This document shows positions 56,726-64,000 of a stretch of 64,000 nt of DNA, piece by piece; within the stretch, counting starts at the first letter, position 1, and each line of letters opens with the position of its first letter. Location of the stretch: positions 3,552,001-3,616,000 of the forward strand of contig OZ001293.3 in the NCBI GenBank assembly GCA_963921275.4, in the 5' to 3' direction. Position numbers and translations under genes: made by a program. This DNA comes from an uncultured Hormoscilla sp. GTDB taxonomy: Bacteria > Cyanobacteriota > Cyanobacteriia > Cyanobacteriales > Desertifilaceae. Below the pieces are notes generated by a model that saw only the letters and a program-made list of their open reading frames with translations, was not told the DNA's origin and ran no database searches.

Positions 56726-57754
56726 ATCAATATGATTTAGGATACTATGAGCAATTACTTGACCGAGTTTGACAGGCACGGCATTCCCAATTAATCGCTC
56801 TACTAGAGAGAACAGCACGGGTTCATCAGGGGCGACCAACTGGTATGTTGGTGGAAAAGTTTGTAATAAGGCTGCTTCTCTCAGAGAGATAGCCCTATCT
56901 TGTTCGGGATGACCAAACCGACCATTGCCAAAACCAAAACACTGGGTAGTAATAGTTGGGCTAGGTTTATCCCATTCCATTCTACCATACACTGCTGGAT
57001 AGGTTTTACCGCTCTTTTTTATGTGGCATTTGGCCATTAAGTCTTGAGGCCAATCTCGCCAAGTTACTCCTGGTTTGGAAGCCCGAATACGGCGCAGATT
57101 TAGAGCCGAAAGCTTGCTACTTCTATGGAGACGATCTATTGGAGAAGCTTGCCCCGCACAAAGGGGTTCGAGATTTTCAATAGTTTGTCTGACTGTTTGG
57201 TAAGTATCTGGGTTATGTGTTGGTGCAATTAGGTTGATTTTACCAAATCTTGAAGCAAATAAGACTAATCGCTTTCGAGATTGAGGAATTCCATAATCTA
57301 GACAGTTCACCTCATAAAACTCAAAGCAATAGTTTAACTTTTTCAGCTGGGCGATAAACTCCTGAAAAACTGAATGAAGTTTTAACTGAAGTACATTTTC
57401 CATTGAAATAATATCAGGTTCGCATTCTTCAATCAGACGAGCAAAATCTTGCAAAAGCTTCCACTTCGACTGCCGATCGTTATAACGTCTTGAATAACTG
57501 GAAAATGGCTGACAAGGGGCGCATCCTGCTAATACTTTAATACTGCTTCCAGAAAAATGTTCTGCTAAATCAAGACCGCTGACATTTTGCACATCTTGCA
57601 ATAGGAATTTGGCTTTATTGTTATGTTCGTATGGAAACTTACACGCGGGATCGATATCATATCCAGCTTTGACTGGAAGACCTGCTTGCTCAAACCCATA
57701 GGTTAGTCCTCCAGCACCACAAAACAGATCTACTGTGGAGATGCTTATAGCCAT
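56702..57754 (-). CDS. dcm: DNA (cytosine-5)-methyltransferase
   Basis: DLFCGAGG, GCAPCQPFS, MENV, PQSRKR, REAALLQTFP, IGNAVP. Confidence 0.92.
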   Translation of the reverse strand: MAISISTVDLFCGAGGLTYGFEQAGLPVKAGYDIDPACKFPYEHNNKAKFLLQDVQNVSGLDLAEHFSGSSIKVLAGCAPCQPFSSYSRRYNDRQSKWKLLQDFARLIEECEPDIISMENVLQLKLHSVFQEFIAQLKKLNYCFEFYEVNCLDYGIPQSRKRLVLFASRFGKINLIAPTHNPDTYQTVRQTIENLEPLCAGQASPIDRLHRSSKLSALNLRRIRASKPGVTWRDWPQDLMAKCHIKKSGKTYPAVYGRMEWDKPSPTITTQCFGFGNGRFGHPEQDRAISLREAALLQTFPPTYQLVAPDEPVLFSLVERLIGNAVPVKLGQVIAHSILNHIDLRSPCSR

Positions 57755-57794
57755 TCACTCCCTCTTGTTAGGATATGCGATCCAATGTCGTCGT

Positions 57795-58177
57795 ATTGCG
57801 TAAGAATAAAAACACTGATTACTCTGCCAGTGGGACAATTAACTCGGAAAACCTGTTAAAATCACCGACATTATTTGTCAGCTACTCACCAATTCCATAA
57901 ACTAGCATAGTTGCCACAATATTAGCATCATGGACCTGTGCGCCACCGATAGTAATTTCTTCCATAAGCGTCAACAGCCTTTCAGTCACCTGCGGACTAT
58001 CTTCAGCTATAAAAAAGCGGTTGGTCTTCAGCTATAAAAAAGCGGTTGGTAAAATATCTAATCTCGACAGTAAGCTCCCTTAATGGCATTTATAGCTGCC
58101 AAGTGAAAAGGAGACTCGATAATGCTGGCAGATACAAGGATATTGGTGTCGAGAAAGACAGCAATTTAGCCCATCAT
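57795..58177 (-). pseudogene. vapC: VapC/PIN toxin remnant
   Basis: VFLDTNILV, IAEDSPQVT, VHDANIVATML. Confidence 0.7.
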
Positions 58178-58419
58178 TAATACATATCCTCCCGTCTCAG
58201 AGAAAGATCGGCAGGCCAAGTTCCTACACTAATCGCAGGAAAGTCTAGCGGTGGACGTTCTTTCTTTGTGGTTGGTTTCTCTGTCACTGCTTTCTCTGTC
58301 ACCAAATTTTATCCGATCGCCAACCGTATTTGATGTTCTCCTGGCAAAATATCCGGCGGCAATTTCAAGGTAATTGTACCCTCTGCATTCACCGTGGCAA
58401 TGGTTTCAATTGTTTTCAC
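58177..58419 (-). pseudogene. Antitoxin remnant
   Basis: MKTIETIATVNAEGTITLKLPPD...LSLRREDMY with internal stop. Confidence 0.6.
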
Positions 58420-58511
58420 AATATCTCTCCTCTAACCAACATTTACCTTTCACTATTATCATATACAAAGATTCAAAATTGAAATTACATTCTGATCATA
58501 TGTGACTTAAC

Positions 58512-58546
58512 ATGAGAAATCCGCTCTTATAGCGCGGATTTCTCAT
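58512..58546. terminator. Hairpin downstream of psb29
   Basis: ATGAGAAATCCGC...GCGGATTTCTCAT. Confidence 0.55.
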
Positions 58547-58605
58547 CAGACTGCCTATTTGTGGTTTTACTTCCAGGTTAAACCTAGCTTAATCGTACTT
58601 CCCTG

Positions 58606-59343
58606 TTACTCTTGGGGAGTATCGGAGGCTTGGCCTTCTTCAGTCGAGTCACCTTGGGAATTAGAGGCATTTTTTTCCTCCAGCCGCTGTGCTTGTTTTT
58701 TGCGATCGGCCTGGAGAATATCAGCCATCACACTGCGTGCCTGGTTCATTTTTTCCAGATTTGAGCGGTACAACTCCAGGTCTTTTTCCAGTTTATCCTT
58801 TGGCAAATTCAGGGTATCGCAGACTTGTTTGAGCGCAGAGGCCAAGTGTTTTTCGTTTTTCACCATCTCCGGGTTGGCCATTTGCAACAAATTATACATA
58901 CCAATGGCAAACAGACGGCTATACTTAAACTTTCGGTTAGAGGCGATCGCGTCCGCCGTTTCCCGCAACTGTTCAGTACCTGGGGTGCTATCCGACAGGG
59001 TAAGACCCGCCAGTATTACTGGCCCTGACGAACTGGTTGCCACCGATTGTAACCGCTGAGCATCCTCTTGATATCGTTGCGGATCGTCTCCCAGGGCCTT
59101 ACAGAGGGAATTAAAAATAGAGACCTTATCATCTGGAGGGGTATAGCCCTGCATAAACTGGTCAAAGGAGGATACTACGCCCAAAGCATAGATCGGGTCG
59201 TAGCGAAAATCCACATTTACCCACAGCAAGTGCATTTCCACCATCAACTCTTCCACCACCCGCCGATAGATCGAATTGATCGGACGAGTGTGGAGGCTAT
59301 AGAAAGATCGCTTAGTATCTGAAAAAGTGGGGACGTTATTCAC
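58606..59343 (-). CDS. psb29: Photosystem II biogenesis protein Psb29/Thf1
   Basis: SDTKRSFY..RPINSIYRRVVEELMVEMHLL, FKYSRLFAIG, KDLELYRSNLEK; GTG start. Confidence 0.93.
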   Translation of the reverse strand: MNNVPTFSDTKRSFYSLHTRPINSIYRRVVEELMVEMHLLWVNVDFRYDPIYALGVVSSFDQFMQGYTPPDDKVSIFNSLCKALGDDPQRYQEDAQRLQSVATSSSGPVILAGLTLSDSTPGTEQLRETADAIASNRKFKYSRLFAIGMYNLLQMANPEMVKNEKHLASALKQVCDTLNLPKDKLEKDLELYRSNLEKMNQARSVMADILQADRKKQAQRLEEKNASNSQGDSTEEGQASDTPQE

Positions 59344-59582
59344 TTGCAGAATCTTTTTGGAGAACGTGATCCCATTTTCTCTCGGACAGGCAACTTTGCC
59401 AACCCTATCCTTTCCCCTGACCGAACAGACGAGCGGGCCGCCCTTACGGCAAAAACAGCCAAGTCTCACTTGCGAGACTGGCGACAACCATTGCCCGATC
59501 GCCCATTATCTGGTAAGCAGCAGCATCTGCCTGCGCCGGGGGCCAAATTTGCTGGGGATAGGACGGCGCTTCCGGCTACTTG

Positions 59583-59939
59583 CTAACTGGTAACTCTAGA
59601 TACGCCTTCAAGGGCATCATCTTCAGTGTCAAAGATGTCAAACACCGAATCCATCATCGTGACCTCAAACACCAGTTTAGCTTCTGGATGCACATTACAA
59701 ATGCGGAAACTCCCTTTGACCTTCTCCGCGTCTCGCATCCCTGCCACCAGGGATGTCAGACCCGAACTATCGATGAAGTTAACCTCACCGAGATTGACTA
59801 CTATATGACGACTGAGTTTAGAAATACACTCCTGTAACTTCAGGCGAAATTGCCAAGCCGTGGTTATATCCAGGCGTCCTGTCGGCGCCAATACGATAAT
59901 TGTTGTGCCGTCTTGGGTTGTATATGTTTTTTGCTTCAT
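59583..59939 (-). CDS. STAS-domain anti-sigma factor antagonist
   Basis: GRLDITTA, VNFIDSSGL. Confidence 0.9.
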   Translation of the reverse strand: MKQKTYTTQDGTTIIVLAPTGRLDITTAWQFRLKLQECISKLSRHIVVNLGEVNFIDSSGLTSLVAGMRDAEKVKGSFRICNVHPEAKLVFEVTMMDSVFDIFDTEDDALEGVSRVTS

Positions 59940-60360
59940 CTGGGTCGTCTACCCTCTTCTAGGAATTGTGGACTTTTGGGTTGATCTGAGAATCTCTCTT
60001 GACCGGCAACAACCCCACTACCTCCGAGCCAAGGACAAAAACTGCCTGGATTCGATATCTTCTGTTGTGCTCTTGTCCCAAGGGACTCGTGATATCTTTT
60101 GCGTGCCGAGTCCTTCAGGACAAGAGCACGGCAAAAGATATCAAACACAGAAGACATCGATGGTTGATTGCCCAGTCAAGGTCCGATCCCTAATCTGCGA
60201 AAAGCGCCTCGTTCCTCATACTAACCGTAACTAAGACGCCAAGGACGCCTGCTTTCCTCACTCCATGCCCACATAGTTTACGCCAATTCCCGCCAGCTAT
60301 AAAGCCCCCTGAAGCCAAGGCTTGTGGGAGTGTGAATGCAACTGTTTTGAGTAAAGTATA

Positions 60361-60516
60361 ACCTAAGTTGCTACCTATAAAAATTTTGACATCTGAGACA
60401 ACATTTTTGCTAAAAAAATTCAAAACTATGCCTTTTTTGGGTAAATCACAAGGTAATTTTAGCTAATTTTGCCGACCTAATTTTGGGGTTGAGGTTCTGT
60501 AGGTCGCAACTTGAGT
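60361..60516. mobile_element. MITE with IS982-type ends
   Basis: ACCTAAGTTGCTACCTA...TAGGTCGCAACTTGAGT; 9-bp TSD TAAAGTATA. Confidence 0.88.
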
Positions 60517-60574
60517 TAAAGTATATCTTTCCATCTTACTACCACAACCAATAGTTGTCTCAAGCTGTCCCATA

Positions 60575-61606
60575 CTATGCATGAGACCAAGAAGCCCAGT
60601 CCTGGGGTTTCAAGAACCGCTCATACAGATGAGCTTCCGGTGTATTTGCTTCCGGTTGATAGCAGTATTCCCAGCGTACTAGAGGCGGCAAAGACATGAG
60701 AATCGATTCTGTGCGTCCATTTGTTTGCAGCCCAAAGATGGTGCCCCGGTCATATACGAGATTGAACTCTACGTAGCGGCCCCGGCGATAGAGCTGAAAC
60801 TGGCGTTCCCGATCTCCATACTCCTTCGACCGGCGGTCTTCCACAATTTTCCCATAACTATCTAAAAAGCTATTACCACAAGCTTGGATAAAACTGAATA
60901 GCTGTTCCCAGGTGCGAGGTTCTAGGGTTCCGACTTTTTGGCTATTTTCAGCAGCGGGACCCTTTTCATTAGGGCCACGATACAGCGCACCCCGACCGTC
61001 TTGATAATCAAAAAAGATGCCACCTACCCCCCGCATCTCCTGCCGGTGTTTCAGGTAAAAATATTCATCACACCAGGGTTTAAACACCGGGTAATAATCC
61101 TGATGGTGCTCGTCACAAGCTTTTTTCAGGGTTTTGTGGAAATGAGCAGCATCCTCCTCAAACGGATAGTATGGGGTCAAATCTGCCCCACCACCAAACC
61201 ACCAAACCGGTCCTGCCTCAAAATACCTATAATTAAGGTGTACCGTGGGCACGTAAGGATTGCGCGGATGCAGCACCATAGAAGTACCGGTGGCATAAAA
61301 TCCATGACCAGCAGCTTCTGGTCGCTGGTTCAAGATCGAGGGCGGTAACTGGGAGCCCCAAACCTGAGAGAAATTGACGCCACCTTGCTCAAAAACCCCC
61401 CCCTCTCGGATTACTCTGGAGCGACCTCCGCCCCCTTCTGGGCGCTCCCAGGTATCTTCACGGAAAGTTTTCTCACGATCAAGCTTTTCCAATCCTTGAC
61501 AAATATCGTCTTGCAGCTGCTGCATAAACTGGCTGATTCTGGTTTGGGAATCTTTCGGAGGTATGTCCTGAGATGTAGTGGTTGTCGTAGTCGAAGACTT
61601 TGTCAT
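60575..61606 (-). CDS. hemF: Oxygen-dependent coproporphyrinogen III oxidase
   Basis: [44 protein letters not shown]. Confidence 0.97.
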   Translation of the reverse strand: MTKSSTTTTTTSQDIPPKDSQTRISQFMQQLQDDICQGLEKLDREKTFREDTWERPEGGGGRSRVIREGGVFEQGGVNFSQVWGSQLPPSILNQRPEAAGHGFYATGTSMVLHPRNPYVPTVHLNYRYFEAGPVWWFGGGADLTPYYPFEEDAAHFHKTLKKACDEHHQDYYPVFKPWCDEYFYLKHRQEMRGVGGIFFDYQDGRGALYRGPNEKGPAAENSQKVGTLEPRTWEQLFSFIQACGNSFLDSYGKIVEDRRSKEYGDRERQFQLYRRGRYVEFNLVYDRGTIFGLQTNGRTESILMSLPPLVRWEYCYQPEANTPEAHLYERFLKPQDWASWSHA

Positions 61607-61704
61607 AAACTCAATATTTCACGCTCTCACAATCGGTAGTGTCTAGCTAATGATGCTAACCTAGCCTAACCTGAATGTTGCCCTAAGAGCAAAATGGGAT
61701 ACAG

Positions 61705-62235
61705 ATGACAAAATTTTTGTCCAAATTAATCCATCGAAATCGTAAAAGGGTTCGGTGTTCTCTGGCGAGGACCTATCGAACTATCAGTTCTGCCTCTGTC
61801 GATGACCTGTGGCAGAAAGTCGTCGATCTGGCTGACGTTTCCTGGCATCCACTGATTGCCAGAACCAATCTCCCCAAAGGGCTAGTAGCTCAACCGGGAC
61901 TGATTTATCGGGCTGTAACGCGATTGAGTCCGATTCCCATCCGGATATTTGTCGAGCGGGTGCGACCACGAGAGCTATTAAGTATCAGAATTTTAGCCAT
62001 GCCAGGGATAGAGGAGCGAGTGATCTACAAGGTAGAGTCTACCCTGTGTGGTAGCCGTGTTTCCTATTCCGTGACCTTGCGAGGCTGGTTGTCGCCAGTT
62101 ATCTGGTCGCTGATCCGACCCTATGCGGCTCGCGTGGCCTCGGCTTTAGCTCAGGCGGCCGAACGAGCTGCCCTGCAAGGGACACAGTCAGATTCCCTCT
62201 CTGGTGGCAGCAGCTCTATTGATTTTGGATTTTAA
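61705..62235 (+). CDS. SRPBCC/polyketide-cyclase-like protein
   Basis: ASVDDLWQKV.DLADVSWHPL, SYSVTLRGWLSP. Confidence 0.7.
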   Translation: MTKFLSKLIHRNRKRVRCSLARTYRTISSASVDDLWQKVVDLADVSWHPLIARTNLPKGLVAQPGLIYRAVTRLSPIPIRIFVERVRPRELLSIRILAMPGIEERVIYKVESTLCGSRVSYSVTLRGWLSPVIWSLIRPYAARVASALAQAAERAALQGTQSDSLSGGSSSIDFGF

Positions 62236-62426
62236 ACCAGAAATTTCTCTTTCCAGAGCAAAATAGCAAAAATCAATAGCCCACTCCGATTTTCCCCAAA
62301 CCGTAGGTGTCCTCCTGGGGACCACCTGCCCAGCATCAGCTAGTCAGCATCAAGTGTTGAGAAAATGTTAAGATTTGATAAGATGAGAAGACCCTGATTG
62401 TTGTCGCTAGGGTAGATAACACCATA

Positions 62427-63509
62427 ATGTCTATCACGCTTGATACTAGCTCCGTTTTAGAAGTGTTACGACCGGTGCAAGACCCGGAACTCCGCCAGAG
62501 TTTGGTGGATCTGAACATGATTCGTAATTTAAAAATCTCCGAGGTAGGCAAGGTTAGCTTCACGTTGGTGCTGACGACGCCTGCTTGTCCGTTGCGGGAA
62601 TTCATCATCGAAGACTGTACCAAAGCTGTGAACCAACTGCCAGGCGTGTCCGATGTCAGTGTAGAGGTGACAGCGGAGACGCCCCAACAGAAAAATACTT
62701 TGCCCGATCGCCAAGGAATTGACGGGGTAAAGAATATTCTAGCGATTTCCAGCGGTAAGGGCGGTGTGGGCAAGAGTACCGTTGCTGTCAATGTTGCGGT
62801 GGCCCTGGCCCAAGCGGGTGCCAAAGTCGGTTTGATTGATGCAGATATCTATGGACCGAATGCTCCGACCATGCTAGGACTAGAATCGGCTCAGGTCATG
62901 GTACGGGAATCTTCTCAAGGAGAAGTGCTAGAACCAGCATTTAATCACGGCGTTAAGCTGGTATCCATGGGATTTTTGATTGACAAGGACCAACCGGTAA
63001 TTTGGCGTGGGCCAATGCTGAATGGGGTCATCCGTCAGTTTCTCTACCAGGCGCAGTGGGGTGAGTTGGACTATTTGATTGTGGATATGCCGCCAGGAAC
63101 GGGGGATGCCCAGCTGACTCTGACTCAAGCGGTGCCGATGGCGGGGGCGGTAATTGTGACGACGCCTCAGAATGTGGCTCTGCTGGACTCCCGCAAGGGA
63201 TTAAAGATGTTTCAGCAATTGGGAGTGCCGGTGCTGGGAATTGTGGAGAACATGAGCTATTTTATTCCACCGGATCGGCCAGATAAGCAGTATGATATTT
63301 TTGGTTCTGGCGGCGGCGCAAAAACATCCCAAGAATTGCAGGTGCCTCTGTTGGGCTGTGTGCCCCTGGAAATTGACCTCAGAGAAGGAGGCGATCGGGG
63401 CTCTCCCATTGTAGTGGCCAATCCAGATTCGGCCTCAGCTCAAGCTCTAGTGGCGATCGCCCAACAGATTGCGGCCAAAATATCTGTCGCTGCCCTGAGT
63501 AGTAGTTAG
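62427..63509 (+). CDS. mrp: Mrp/ApbC Fe-S cluster carrier ATPase
   Basis: DPEL, LTTPACP, SGKGGVGKST, DADIYGP, WRGPM, DMPPGTGD. Confidence 0.95.
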   Translation: MSITLDTSSVLEVLRPVQDPELRQSLVDLNMIRNLKISEVGKVSFTLVLTTPACPLREFIIEDCTKAVNQLPGVSDVSVEVTAETPQQKNTLPDRQGIDGVKNILAISSGKGGVGKSTVAVNVAVALAQAGAKVGLIDADIYGPNAPTMLGLESAQVMVRESSQGEVLEPAFNHGVKLVSMGFLIDKDQPVIWRGPMLNGVIRQFLYQAQWGELDYLIVDMPPGTGDAQLTLTQAVPMAGAVIVTTPQNVALLDSRKGLKMFQQLGVPVLGIVENMSYFIPPDRPDKQYDIFGSGGGAKTSQELQVPLLGCVPLEIDLREGGDRGSPIVVANPDSASAQALVAIAQQIAAKISVAALSSS

Positions 63510-64000
63510 TAGTTATGGCTATCAGCGTAAAGCGGGACATAAATTAAGTCAGGAGAGGGTAGAAAAAAGCACAATTGCCAAGGACCCTGGGACAAGTCAC
63601 AGGGTTTGGTATCGTATCCCTTGTAGATCTTCTTCTCGGGAACGACGAGTCTTACTATAGGACAACCCTGTACAGCTGTCTTTTAATCTATCCAGAGAGA
63701 GACTGTCAAAAGCTTGACTAGGGATTGCGCTCGTTAACCGGTCTATCTAAAAGCAGCGTCTGGCGGCATAAACAAGCCATTGCCCGTCGAGATCAACATC
63801 GGTGAATCATCCTGGTGGAATACTGAGGTGGGAGGGGCCTGGTTAAAGCTATTTGTCTATGGGGTGATCTATTATTTCGGCATCAAACAAGGGATTGGGG
63901 CGCTCCTGTCTATGGGAATTTTTATTTGCCCTTCCGTTGTCGCGTCCTGTGGCCTGTTCCCCAACTACCTTTGTGGGTAGAGTGGGCACAATGGATCTGT

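Noticed and set aside
59344..59487. N-terminal extension of Psb29
   Set aside because: The conserved start is GTG at 59343

Overview
Chromosomal window of a cyanobacterium (apcF, psaK, psb29, an NtcA promoter, frequent HIP1 GCGATCGC) showing strong genome erosion. Housekeeping genes look intact (glnA, trpF, lysC, tRNA-His, recQ, aas, pdhC, dps, cobA, hemF, mrp). Many accessory and regulatory genes are broken, and IS elements (IS4, IS5, IS630, IS982, IS1634, ISKra4-like), MITEs and short palindromic repeats are dense. Highlights: (1) two related ORF-less group II introns with different EBS loops matching their own targets and apparent non-canonical ...CC 3' ends. One sits antisense inside an RT-encoding intron; the other splits a DUF262 defence-like gene in frame. 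(2) A 41.7-58.5 kb accessory island with two ATPase/TOPRIM-like pairs, an HSPA12-like Hsp70 plus GrpE-like coiled-coil operon, toxin-antitoxin modules bracketed by direct repeats, and a DUF262-HEPN-Dcm module. (3) A self-nesting hairpin mini-element family, also found in frame inside genes. (4) Three degenerate ~21-bp tandem arrays. Family assignments come from motif recognition by eye, not from database searches.
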